This document shows, piece by piece, positions 32,924 through 42,497 of a stretch of 64,000 bases of DNA (its first letter is position 1; each line of letters opens with the position of its first letter). A program made the position numbers and the translations under genes. A model generated the notes under the pieces. The model had not been told where the DNA came from and made no database searches. It was given only the letters and a program-made list of their open reading frames with translations. This stretch comes from an uncultured Bacilli bacterium (GTDB lineage Bacteria > Bacillota_I > Bacilli_A > RF39 > UBA660): the NCBI GenBank assembly GCA_934182615.1, contig CAKPRO010000006.1, forward strand, positions 4,771-68,770, read 5' to 3'.

Positions 32924-33515
32924 AATCTAAATATTTATCACCTTTACTAAATACTAAATATAATTTATCATTTACTTCTCCAACTAGTGTACCTTTATTA
33001 ACATAATCATATAATTTTAAAGAAGTATTATCAATATTACCATACCAATTATATACTCCATCCAAATCTTCAATAATAACAGTATTACCATATCCTTCTT
33101 TATTACCAACAAAAACAACCATACCTTCTTTTAATGCTGGTACTAAGTAATTAGAAGTTACTTCTAACTTAACACCATCTAAATATACACTAGAAGAACT
33201 ATATTTAAGTTTCTCATTAAATACTTTCTCTGTATTTACTTCTTTCTTAACTGGAAGAATTCCTCCTAAATATTTATCATAAATATTTTTTATCTTAGTA
33301 AAAGATATATCATCACTATATAAATAATTAGTAATCTTCTCTTTTAAGAAATCACTTCTTTTACAAGTAATTGCTAAAGAAGTAAATAACACTAAAACAA
33401 TAAAAGTTTTAAGAAAAAACTTCTTTACATATTTACCAAATTCAAATTCTTTATCTATATTATTATTCTTTTTATTAATAATATCCATATACTTCTTCTT
33501 ATCTATTTCATTCAT
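32904..33515 (-). CDS. SpoIVFA-like protein with degenerate LytM/M23 domain
   Basis: One TM. The C-terminus GMVVFVGNKEGYGNTVIIEDLDGVYNWYGNI lacks the catalytic His motifs. It overlaps the spoIVFB start. Confidence 0.6.
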   Translation of the reverse strand: MNEIDKKKYMDIINKKNNNIDKEFEFGKYVKKFFLKTFIVLVLFTSLAITCKRSDFLKEKITNYLYSDDISFTKIKNIYDKYLGGILPVKKEVNTEKVFNEKLKYSSSSVYLDGVKLEVTSNYLVPALKEGMVVFVGNKEGYGNTVIIEDLDGVYNWYGNIDNTSLKLYDYVNKGTLVGEVNDKLYLVFSKGDKYLDYEEYLK

Positions 33516-33559
33516 AAATATCACCACTAAAATATATGAATAAAAAAAGAAAAAAGAAT

Positions 33560-33910
33560 TTATTTTTCCTTTTTTCTAACTTTATTAGTATATAATTTAA
33601 TAACAGAATCAACAGTAACTGGTATTGTAATAGTCCTTGAAGCAAATATTTCTCTTTCTTCATCAGTTAATTCATCAAATAAATAGAATAAAGACCACCT
33701 CATTTTTGTACCATGATAGTTAATTGGAAGTTCTGTAAAATAAACATTATCTTCTCTTCTCTCTAACATTCTAGGCATACAAGACATATTCTTAATCTCT
33801 TCTCTTGATAAATTATCTACTACTACACTTTTGCATTTATTATTTTCTACTATTGTTTTTCTTTTTACTAAAGGAACTACCTTCATATTATATACTTCAA
33901 TATTTTCCAT
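33560..33910 (-). CDS. Hypothetical protein
   Basis: 116 aa ORF with no motif. Confidence 0.45.
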   Translation of the reverse strand: MENIEVYNMKVVPLVKRKTIVENNKCKSVVVDNLSREEIKNMSCMPRMLERREDNVYFTELPINYHGTKMRWSLFYLFDELTDEEREIFASRTITIPVTVDSVIKLYTNKVRKKEK

Positions 33911-33924
33911 TATACCACCCTCCT

Positions 33925-34752
33925 TTATTTTAAATATCTAGTAATAATTTCTGAATTGAAATCATTATCAAAAAATAAATTTCTTAAATTTTTCTTATTA
34001 TAAACAAGTACTAAAGATTTATTCTCTATATACATACTAATTATATGATCAAAATCCTCTACTATTCCATTTATATATTCACTTTCTCTTCTTTCTATAT
34101 CTTCTTTAGTAAGAGAAATATTCGTATTTTTATCAATAACAACTTGCCCATTACCAATAATAAGATCTTCGTCAAATATCTTTTCTGCTATATATTCTTT
34201 AGTATAATTATATTTTTTAAGCATATCTTCATCACTAAGAACTTTACCAGTACCTAAATCTATATTAGTAGTAATTACATATTTTTTAATATTATCATCA
34301 AATATACTATTATCTAAATTAAAATCCAATTCATAATATATAGATAAAATAGTATTATTAATTTGCATTTTAATTGAACTAATAACCTCACTATTAGGAG
34401 TATACTCACTATTATCAGTATTAATTTCATCGTAATAAGAAGTAATATATTCTATAAGTTTATTCTCTTGATCCATAAAGCTTTTAATACTATCATTATT
34501 TAAATTTTTCAAAACAACCTTTGATACATTTACCTTACTATATACATTACTATAATCATTAAATACTACCGGTGTTGTTTCTACATAATCCTTAATATCA
34601 TAATTAACTATTTTTTTACTAGTAGTATCTTTATTTATACCCTGATATTCAAATAATTTATATAATCCAAAACCTGTGAGTAAAAGAAATACTGCACTAA
34701 CTACCACTAATGTTTTAGCAGTCTTCTCACTCATTACTTTATCTTTCATCAT
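33925..34752 (-). CDS. Membrane-anchored hypothetical protein
   Basis: 275 aa with an N-terminal TM (LVVVSAVFLLLTGFGLY) and an extracytoplasmic domain of unknown family. Confidence 0.5.
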   Translation of the reverse strand: MMKDKVMSEKTAKTLVVVSAVFLLLTGFGLYKLFEYQGINKDTTSKKIVNYDIKDYVETTPVVFNDYSNVYSKVNVSKVVLKNLNNDSIKSFMDQENKLIEYITSYYDEINTDNSEYTPNSEVISSIKMQINNTILSIYYELDFNLDNSIFDDNIKKYVITTNIDLGTGKVLSDEDMLKKYNYTKEYIAEKIFDEDLIIGNGQVVIDKNTNISLTKEDIERRESEYINGIVEDFDHIISMYIENKSLVLVYNKKNLRNLFFDNDFNSEIITRYLK

Positions 34753-34814
34753 ATTACCTTCTTCCTACCTATAATTATAATATAATTAAAAGGAAAAGTA
34801 AATAAAAAAAGAAT

Positions 34815-34946
34815 CTATCTTTCGAGATAGACATAATCATTTTCTATACTAAGATTATTCTTAGTATTATTAACTACCACTAAACTAATAATAATTAGTA
34901 GAAGATAAAATATAATTACCCCTTTATTATTTTTAACAAATTCCAT
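34815..34946 (-). CDS. 43-aa small membrane protein divergent from lexA (SOS-box controlled)
   Basis: SD AAGGAGAAGTG then ATG at 34946. Translation is MEFVKNNKGVIIFYLLLIIISLVVVNNTKNNLSIENDYVYLER-stop. The promoter carries a LexA box. Confidence 0.55.
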   Translation of the reverse strand: MEFVKNNKGVIIFYLLLIIISLVVVNNTKNNLSIENDYVYLER

Positions 34947-34971
34947 ATCTATCACTTCTCCTTACGCTTTT

Positions 34972-35000
34972 ATACTATCACATACTTATGTTCGTGTCAA
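34972..35000 (-). promoter_or_regulatory. Promoter of the small divergent ORF
   Basis: Minus strand has TTGACA, a 17 nt spacer, then TAGTAT. The LexA box occupies the spacer. Confidence 0.6.
34981..34994. promoter_or_regulatory. LexA (Cheo) box 1
   Basis: rc reads CGAACATAAGTATG, against the Firmicute consensus CGAAC-N4-GTTCG. Confidence 0.6.
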
Positions 35001-35019
35001 TACAAAAATGATGTTTTAA

Positions 35020-35033
35020 CGAATAATTGTTTG
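35020..35033. promoter_or_regulatory. LexA (Cheo) box 2, overlapping the lexA -35
   Basis: CGAATAATTGTTTG, against the consensus CGAAC-N4-GTTCG. Confidence 0.55.
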
Positions 35034-35059
35034 ACATTTTACACTTTATGTGTTAATAT
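35031..35059 (+). promoter_or_regulatory. lexA promoter
   Basis: TTGACA, a 17 nt spacer, then TAATAT. Confidence 0.6.
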
Positions 35060-35080
35060 TATAAATGAAAGGAGAGTATT

Positions 35081-35707
35081 ATGGCTAAAGAAGGAAGATT
35101 AACAAAAAGACAGAAGGAAATACTAGAATATATTAAGAAATATTCTGCACAAAAAAAATATCCTCCATCAATTAGAGAGATATCTGCTAACTTCAACTTA
35201 AGTTCGCCTGCTACTGCTCATGTTCATGTAAAAAAGCTAATTGAAAAAGGATACTTAAAGAGAGGTAAAACAAGTAATCACTTACTTGAACTTCAAGTAC
35301 CTAATGAATTTGAAACCAAAAGTGATGATGTTGTTACTGTTCCATTATTAGGAAAAGTAACTGCAGGTAATCCTATTGAAGCAATTGAAGTACCTAACGA
35401 AGTTATTACTCTGCCAGCATATTTACTTCCTAAAAGAAAAGAAGTATTTACAATCAAAGTAGAAGGAGATTCTATGATTAATGCTGGTATCTTAGATAAA
35501 GATATTGTTATCGTAGAAAGATGTAAAACAGCTAAAAATGGTGATATAGTAGTAGCCATGGATGAAGAAAATCAAGTTACTATTAAAAGATTCTTTAGAG
35601 AAAATGATTATATAAGATTACAACCCGAAAACGATTACATGCTACCTATAATATTAAAAGATATTTCTATCTTAGGTAAAGCAATTGGTTTATATAGAAA
35701 ATTCTAA
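35081..35707 (+). CDS. lexA: LexA repressor
   Basis: Winged-helix N-terminus LTKRQKEILEYIKKY..GYPPSIREI. Autocleavage region GKVTAGNP, Ser in VEGDSMINAGI, Lys in VTIKRF. Confidence 0.95.
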   Translation: MAKEGRLTKRQKEILEYIKKYSAQKKYPPSIREISANFNLSSPATAHVHVKKLIEKGYLKRGKTSNHLLELQVPNEFETKSDDVVTVPLLGKVTAGNPIEAIEVPNEVITLPAYLLPKRKEVFTIKVEGDSMINAGILDKDIVIVERCKTAKNGDIVVAMDEENQVTIKRFFRENDYIRLQPENDYMLPIILKDISILGKAIGLYRKF

Positions 35708-35737
35708 AAAAATGTCAGTTAATTCTGACATTTTTTT
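35705..35737. terminator. Bidirectional terminator between convergent lexA and the 35736 gene
   Basis: AAAAAATGTCAG-ttaatt-CTGACATTTTTTT. Confidence 0.75.
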
Positions 35738-37403
35738 AATCTTCTTTTTTATATAAAGTAACTATTTCTACTCTACTACTATTAATAGTACTAGGCTCAA
35801 ATCCAGTTTGAGGAGGCATTATATCACCAGTACCAGTATTCTTATCATAGTAGTAAGTAACATATATTGTACCATCAATATATTCTCCACTAGTAGGTCC
35901 TTCTACCATAATAAATGTATATCCATCAAATTCTTTCTTAACAGTAGTATATTCATTACCTACTTTATCAGTAATAGTTATTTCATCAGTTAGTTTATTA
36001 CCATCACTATCTACATAATTAATAACTACAGTACCTTCCTTAATAGAATACGTAAATTGCATATTAACCATAAAGTCAAAACCAATATAAGAGTTTGGGG
36101 TATATCTACCAATATTCTTTAGTACACCTGATATAGTAGAAGTACTACTACTCTTAAGAATACCAGCACGTTCTGATATTTCACTATTACCTTTAGATTC
36201 ATCTCTCATATATGAACCTATAGAATAATCAGTACCAGTAACATTACTATTACTTAAATCTTTATTTTCTTTATATTCACCAGTATTCTCATCCTTTTCG
36301 TCAAAGTAGAAAGATAATCCTTCATTATAGAAATAATTGTATGCAAGTGCTAATACAGTACTATTTGTTTCAGTAGCAAAATCATAACCACCATCTTCAG
36401 TTCCACCAAAGCCAAATAAATCGTTAACAGCTGTTTCATTTAATTCAGATAAATTATTTGCTATACATTCACCATTACAATTAAATTTGTCATTATTATT
36501 ATAGAAATATAATAAATATTGTACTGGACTAGTAAATTCAGTATTTTTAATAGCAGTATCAATCGCCTTTTTAGCAGTATTATATCTTCTCAAATCTATC
36601 ATATCTAATCCAAGCGCAGCATATGCTGAATTATATGCATAAATAGGATCAGTATCAGATAGTATCTCTCTAATTATACCTTTTGAAAAAGAATCTAATC
36701 TACTATAATTAGTATTATATTTTTTATTATAAAAATCTAATAAATATTTAGCATAATCTTCTATTCCATTATAACCATTTTCTTTTAAAGCCTCATCAAT
36801 ATTTTCATCAGTCATATTTCTACCTGAAGAATTAGGCACAAGTTCTTTAAGAGCTGTATTATAATTTCTTCTAAAAGTAAAACCATTAGGTATATCTATT
36901 TGATTAAAGAATTTATCTCCAGTATTTCCTTCTACTTTATCATATACTACAGGTTCAGTCGGAAATATTTCAAAAGAAGTATCATCAAAGTAATAATCAT
37001 TTTTAGAATAATTATTTATAACAATATTAACTCTAATTTTATCCCCTGATTGAAATGGATTTGAATATTGAATATTATCTTCATCAATACGTTCATATCC
37101 TATTTTTTTATTGTAATCATATACTGCTTTTGCTATTTTTTGAAATACTTCAGGAGCAATAACGATACTTTTTTCATTATAATTTTCTGTAAGTGTTATA
37201 TTAACAGTAACAGCACCACCTATATACCAACCAAATTTTATCTTTGATAAATCATATTCTACTATAAAATTATCATTAGATTCAGAAACTAATTTTTCTG
37301 GATTAATTGTATCCCACTTAGATTCTGCTAAAACAGTAGAATTAAACATTAACCCTATTACTAAAACTAGTAATAATCTGCTTATTTTTTTCATTCTATT
37401 CAC
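35736..37403 (-). CDS. Secreted surface protein with C-terminal MucBP-like domain and PPQTG tail
   Basis: Signal peptide ..NSTVLAESK. The C-terminus reads VVINYVDSDGNKLTDEITITDKVGNEYTTVKKEFDGYTF..NTGTGDIMPPQTGFEPSTINSSRVEIVTLYKKED. Confidence 0.7.
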   Translation of the reverse strand: MNRMKKISRLLLVLVIGLMFNSTVLAESKWDTINPEKLVSESNDNFIVEYDLSKIKFGWYIGGAVTVNITLTENYNEKSIVIAPEVFQKIAKAVYDYNKKIGYERIDEDNIQYSNPFQSGDKIRVNIVINNYSKNDYYFDDTSFEIFPTEPVVYDKVEGNTGDKFFNQIDIPNGFTFRRNYNTALKELVPNSSGRNMTDENIDEALKENGYNGIEDYAKYLLDFYNKKYNTNYSRLDSFSKGIIREILSDTDPIYAYNSAYAALGLDMIDLRRYNTAKKAIDTAIKNTEFTSPVQYLLYFYNNNDKFNCNGECIANNLSELNETAVNDLFGFGGTEDGGYDFATETNSTVLALAYNYFYNEGLSFYFDEKDENTGEYKENKDLSNSNVTGTDYSIGSYMRDESKGNSEISERAGILKSSSTSTISGVLKNIGRYTPNSYIGFDFMVNMQFTYSIKEGTVVINYVDSDGNKLTDEITITDKVGNEYTTVKKEFDGYTFIMVEGPTSGEYIDGTIYVTYYYDKNTGTGDIMPPQTGFEPSTINSSRVEIVTLYKKED

Positions 37404-37456
37404 CTTTCTTTAACTAGTTATAAATAGAATGCCTATTTATAACCAAAACCCATAAA

Positions 37457-39166
37457 TTAATCTTCTTTTTTATATACAGTAATAACTTCTACTCTACTAC
37501 TATTAATAGTACTAGGCTCAAATCCAGTTTGAGGAGGCATTATATCACCAGTACCAGTATTCTTATCATAATAGTAAGTAACATATATTGTATCAAAATC
37601 ATATTCTCCACTAGTAGGTCCTTCTACCATAATGAATGTATAATCATCAAATTCTTTCTTAATAGTAGTATATTCACTACCTACTTCACCAGTAATAGTA
37701 ACTTCTTCAGTTAATTTATTACTATCACTATCTAAATAGTTAATAACTACTTTACCAATATTATCATGAGCAGCCTTAATAGCTAAAGCACCAGCTATTT
37801 CTCCATCTTCAGTAACTGAAGTATATTCTCCACCTTCAATTAAATCAATATGAAGATTCTCTTTATCATGTGCTTCCCATCTACTATTTTCAGCATCATC
37901 GTACCAACCATTTATTTTATGTTCACAATCATCAAGAATCCAATCTTCTCCTACATTACTAAAAGTAACAGTACCAATATTATAGATATCATCACCAGCT
38001 AATCTAGCATGATTGTTATATAATTTAACATTCTTACTAATTGTCATAATACCAGTATTATAAATACCACCACCATATTGAGGAATCATTTTTCCATCAA
38101 TAGTAACTAAACCATTATTCATAATCTCAGTCATACTACCAACATAAACTTCACCTCTATTAGTAATGCCTCTTGTATAATTATTATTAATTTTTACAGT
38201 AGCATTATCTTCAAAAACTACTTTAGCATTTCCATAGTAATTAGCAATGTTAATAGTAGCTCCATTATATTTACCAACAGAATCAAGTCCTCTACCAAAA
38301 CCATTACCAGTCATATTTAAAGTACCATTATCTTTAATTCTAACTTCACCACCATATTGCCAAATACCAACACTACTATTATTATTAATATTTAATGTTG
38401 TACCTTCATTAACAATAACATAATCTAATTCATATAAAGTAAAACCAATTTCATTACTACTATAGTCAGCAGTACTACCATTCTTAAGTTCTAATCTTCC
38501 ACCAACAAGTCCTTGTCTAGCACAATCAGTAACTGAAATATGTGAGTTATCTGCAGTTATATCAAACCAATTTGTACCATTACCAGCACTTGAATTACTA
38601 ATATCACTTATCTTAAGTAATGAATTATTAAATAAATTAATATAAGCATATTTATCTTCAACATCACCTTGCATAAATGCAGTATAAGTCATATCTTTAG
38701 CTATTAATTTAGAATTATTTAAGTTAATAGTAGCTTCTGGAGAAGCATATAAGCCATGTATTCTTAGTGTATATGTTGAATCATTTAAATTAAGTACACC
38801 AGTTGAAGACATATAAACACTCCAAGCATTTTGATTATCATTATCATTAGCATGATCTACAGTAACATTATTTAAAGTAACATTACTTGAAATACTAAGT
38901 CTGCCATCATCACTAGGTAACTTAGAAATAGTAATAGTTTTATTATTACCATTAATTGTAATACTATTATTTATTGCAATAGTAGTTTCAATAGAAGCAT
39001 CATTGATAAGTTCAATAACATCACCATCTTTAGCCTCTTCAATAGCGGCATCTAATGTATTATATTCATTATCCCCTATTTTAGCAGTTACTTCTTCTGC
39101 TTTAACACCAGTAATACAAAAACATAGAGATATTAAAGCAAGTAAAAATAATTTTGTTTTTTTCAT
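37457..39166 (-). CDS. Secreted surface protein (beta-helix-like repeats) with C-terminal MucBP-like domain and PPQTG tail
   Basis: Signal peptide ..CITGVKAEEV. The central region is Asn/Gly-rich and repetitive. The last ~95 aa are nearly identical to 35736-37403. Confidence 0.7.
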   Translation of the reverse strand: MKKTKLFLLALISLCFCITGVKAEEVTAKIGDNEYNTLDAAIEEAKDGDVIELINDASIETTIAINNSITINGNNKTITISKLPSDDGRLSISSNVTLNNVTVDHANDNDNQNAWSVYMSSTGVLNLNDSTYTLRIHGLYASPEATINLNNSKLIAKDMTYTAFMQGDVEDKYAYINLFNNSLLKISDISNSSAGNGTNWFDITADNSHISVTDCARQGLVGGRLELKNGSTADYSSNEIGFTLYELDYVIVNEGTTLNINNNSSVGIWQYGGEVRIKDNGTLNMTGNGFGRGLDSVGKYNGATINIANYYGNAKVVFEDNATVKINNNYTRGITNRGEVYVGSMTEIMNNGLVTIDGKMIPQYGGGIYNTGIMTISKNVKLYNNHARLAGDDIYNIGTVTFSNVGEDWILDDCEHKINGWYDDAENSRWEAHDKENLHIDLIEGGEYTSVTEDGEIAGALAIKAAHDNIGKVVINYLDSDSNKLTEEVTITGEVGSEYTTIKKEFDDYTFIMVEGPTSGEYDFDTIYVTYYYDKNTGTGDIMPPQTGFEPSTINSSRVEVITVYKKED

Positions 39167-39355
39167 TCCAAAACATCCTCCATCAAATATTTCAAAAGAC
39201 TAATTATTAAATATAATTAACTTCTTTCATTATTATCTCTGACTAAAAAATGATCTAGAATTATTTTAACCAAAAACCCATAACAAAAGAGTATATCATA
39301 TTCGTCCCTTGTTAGTCGTATATAATATACTCATTTTCTTATTTTGTCAAGCCTT

Positions 39356-40483
39356 TTATCTTCTAAAATAACCATTTAATACACCTGGATAAGTATTAAA
39401 ATATCTAGGATTTAATGTATAACTGCTAAAATCATTAACATGAAAGCCCTCTACTACTACATAATGAAGATGTGCCCCTTTTGTTCCTTTGTCATAACCA
39501 CCATTAATATAAGCTGTCGATTCTCCTCCTACTAAACCTATTACTGTATCAGTATCAACTACATCACCAACATTTACTTTAACCTCAAGTAAGTGTCCAT
39601 AGATAGTAGTATACTGTTTGCCCCCAATAATATGATAAATGTAAACTATATTTCCTCCATAAGTAGCTTTATAAGTAATAGAACTAACTACTCCTTTAGC
39701 GGAACTATATACATTAGTCCCCTCCCCGTTACAGGCTAAATCTATACCTTTATGATTAGATAAATAATCTTGGCTTACGCATCCCTTATCCAAAGGAAAT
39801 ATAAAATTACCTCCATCTCTAATATTTAAACATGCTGATATATCCATGTATCTAGAACAACCTATACTTTCATATAAAGCAATTTCCTTTTTAATACTAG
39901 TAATATCATCATCAATGCTACTATTAATACTATCACTGTCTAAGTAACTAACACTCTTAAGAATAACTTCCAATTCCCGGTACTTACTTCTCTCCTTACC
40001 AAGTTTATTAATCTTTTCATTTAATTCTTCTTTTTTCTTATTTAATTCTTCTATCCCTTTATTCATCTCTTCTATCATAGTATTATTATAATTACTAATT
40101 TGTTCTGCTATCATATATCTATATACCATATCTGAATATGTTTCAGCAGCAAATATATATTCTAAATATATATTCTCTCCTTGACTAACTTGATTATAAA
40201 CCATAACATTATCAATTTCTTCTTTTAAAGAATTAATAAATTCTTCCTTACTAGTAATTTCTTTATCAAGTTCATTAATCTCATCATTTAAAGAATCAAT
40301 AATCATTTGTATATCTAATCCATTATTAGATAAAGATTTAATATCATCACTATTTAGATAAGAATATAAATTCTTTTGACTTTCTAAAGCATTTAACTCA
40401 CTATATAAGTCATTAATACTCTTACCATTAACTATTGGTATAAATAAAATAAATGTTAAAATAAATACTGTTACTTTCTTCAT
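39356..40483 (-). CDS. M23 family metallopeptidase with N-terminal coiled coil
   Basis: Signal peptide and coiled coil. M23 motifs HKGIDLA and GAHLHY. Confidence 0.8.
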   Translation of the reverse strand: MKKVTVFILTFILFIPIVNGKSINDLYSELNALESQKNLYSYLNSDDIKSLSNNGLDIQMIIDSLNDEINELDKEITSKEEFINSLKEEIDNVMVYNQVSQGENIYLEYIFAAETYSDMVYRYMIAEQISNYNNTMIEEMNKGIEELNKKKEELNEKINKLGKERSKYRELEVILKSVSYLDSDSINSSIDDDITSIKKEIALYESIGCSRYMDISACLNIRDGGNFIFPLDKGCVSQDYLSNHKGIDLACNGEGTNVYSSAKGVVSSITYKATYGGNIVYIYHIIGGKQYTTIYGHLLEVKVNVGDVVDTDTVIGLVGGESTAYINGGYDKGTKGAHLHYVVVEGFHVNDFSSYTLNPRYFNTYPGVLNGYFRR

Positions 40484-40622
40484 AATACTCCTTAATAATC
40501 AATATCTATTTTAACCTAGAATACTATAGTTGTCAATTTACATTTGTAATATTTTTAGTATTTTATAGTGTAAACACTTTACACTTTTACTACAATTAAC
40601 AAAGTGTAAACTAAAAAAGAAG

Positions 40623-41183
40623 CTATTTAAGTAATAACTTAAGTGCTTCTTTAATTTGATTCTCTAAGTCAAGAGTAGGATCAACCTTACTAACAATCTT
40701 TTTAACATCAGCTTGCTTATATCCAAGTCCTACTAATGCATCAAATAACTCACCAGAATGATCTTCTCTCTTAAATAATCCTGTGTTAATAACATTTAAT
40801 TTACCCTTCAAATCAAGTACTAATTGTCTAGCAACCTTATCACCAATTTTAGGGAATTTCTTTAAGTAATTAATATTTTCTGTTTCAATAGCCTCTTCAA
40901 TCATACTAATAGATCCAGTAGCAAGCATTGGAAGTGCCATTTTAGGCCCAAGTCCTTTAACAGAAATAAGTTTTAAAAATAATTCTTTTTCTTCTTTAGT
41001 TTTAAATCCATATAGAGCATATTCATCTTCAGCTACTTTAGTATAAGTATATATCGTATATTCCCTCTCCATCATAAAACCATATGGATTAGGAACATAG
41101 ATTAAATAACCAATACCATTATTTTCAAGTATAACATAACTAGGTTCAATATCCGTTATCTTACCTTTAATATAACCATACAT
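40623..41183 (-). CDS. ruvA: Holliday junction helicase subunit RuvA
   Basis: MYGYIKGKITDIEPSYVILENNGIGY..LISVKGLGPKMAL. Confidence 0.95.
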   Translation of the reverse strand: MYGYIKGKITDIEPSYVILENNGIGYLIYVPNPYGFMMEREYTIYTYTKVAEDEYALYGFKTKEEKELFLKLISVKGLGPKMALPMLATGSISMIEEAIETENINYLKKFPKIGDKVARQLVLDLKGKLNVINTGLFKREDHSGELFDALVGLGYKQADVKKIVSKVDPTLDLENQIKEALKLLLK

Positions 41184-42331
41184 TATTTCATATTCCTTAC
41201 ATCTTTACTAGTAACTTTTTTAAATAACTGATCATCATTAGAATGAATCATTTTAGCCTCTTTATGAATTTTATCTATTGCTTCTTTAATCATAATACCA
41301 AGTAATTCTCTATAATCAATATTTTTATCTTCAAACAAATGATGTGAAAAGAAATTAGGAATAGTATTAATTTCATTAATATATAATTTTTTATTCTTAG
41401 TATCATAAATATAATCAATTCTCGCAACACCACCAAGTGATAAAGAACTGTATGCCTTTTTAGCGGTCTTACATATTTCTTCAGTTAAAGCTTTTGATAT
41501 ATCTGCAGGATATGTTCTCTTAAAAGTATCATCATTATCATCATCTTTATGATATTTATCATAATAACTACAGAATCCATCTTTTTCAATTTCTTCTACT
41601 AAAGAATCAATAAGCTTACCTTTACTTCTAAGAATAGCCACATTAAATTCTCTTCTATCTTTAATATATTCCTCTACTAAAACATGAGTATCACATTCCA
41701 TAACTTTCTCAATAGAAGACTCCAATTCTTCTTTTCTATTAACTATCTCAATACCAATACCACTTCCACCTCTAGCAGGTTTTATAATTAGCGGATATGT
41801 TAATTTATCAATTTGTTTAAAAATATCTTCCTTATCTAAATTATAATCATCATCAGTAAAATGAACATAATCAGTAACTGCAATACCATTAGCCATTAAT
41901 AATTCTTTAGTAAATACTTTCTCTTGACATACACTAGAAGCATAAATATCACTACCCACAAATGGTATACCAAGTGTTTCTAGATAACCAATTATACCTC
42001 CATCTTCAGTATTCTTACCATGTACCATTGGAAAAGCAAGATGTATTTCTTTATAATCTCTCTTTAATCCTTTAGCTCTTTGTAATATAAACTTACCATT
42101 TCTATTTATTAAATTAACTTTAACAGCATATCTTTCTATTAATCTAAAATCTTTATAACTATCTATATATCTAAGCATACCACCACTATAAATAGTTAAA
42201 TCTTTAGTAATATATATAGGAACAACTTCATATCTTTCTTTATCAATATTATCCATAGCTTGAACAGCAGTTAATATAGATAATTCATGTTCTAGACTAT
42301 TACCACCAAATATTACACCAATACTTAATTT
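41183..42331 (-). CDS. ddl: D-alanine--D-alanine ligase
   Basis: IGVIFGGNSLEHELSILTA..ATP-grasp region IIKPARGGSGIGI..INEINTIPNF. Likely start is MKLSIGV. Confidence 0.9.
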   Translation of the reverse strand, partial: KLSIGVIFGGNSLEHELSILTAVQAMDNIDKERYEVVPIYITKDLTIYSGGMLRYIDSYKDFRLIERYAVKVNLINRNGKFILQRAKGLKRDYKEIHLAFPMVHGKNTEDGGIIGYLETLGIPFVGSDIYASSVCQEKVFTKELLMANGIAVTDYVHFTDDDYNLDKEDIFKQIDKLTYPLIIKPARGGSGIGIEIVNRKEELESSIEKVMECDTHVLVEEYIKDRREFNVAILRSKGKLIDSLVEEIEKDGFCSYYDKYHKDDDNDDTFKRTYPADISKALTEEICKTAKKAYSSLSLGGVARIDYIYDTKNKKLYINEINTIPNFFSHHLFEDKNIDYRELLGIMIKEAIDKIHKEAKMIHSNDDQLFKKVTSKDVRNMK

Positions 42332-42385
42332 CATTTCTACCACCTCTACATATATTATAATATATATTTCTTTATTTTAAAAGAA

Positions 42386-42425
42386 AAAACTACCTAACTT
42401 TACACAAGTTATGTAGTTTTTATAT
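42386..42425 (-). terminator. Intrinsic terminator after the 42498-44009 gene
   Basis: Minus strand has AAAAACUACAUAAC-loop-GUUAGGUAGUUUUUU followed by CUUUU. Confidence 0.6.
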
Positions 42426-42497
42426 TATTTATAGCCTCTTATGAGTCTATAAATAAATAGTTATAAGATATCATAGTCGGGGTTAAGTACTTTCTAA

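Noticed and set aside
35293-35559. Minus-strand 88 aa ORF inside lexA
   Set aside because: It is antisense to the clearly identified LexA coding sequence.
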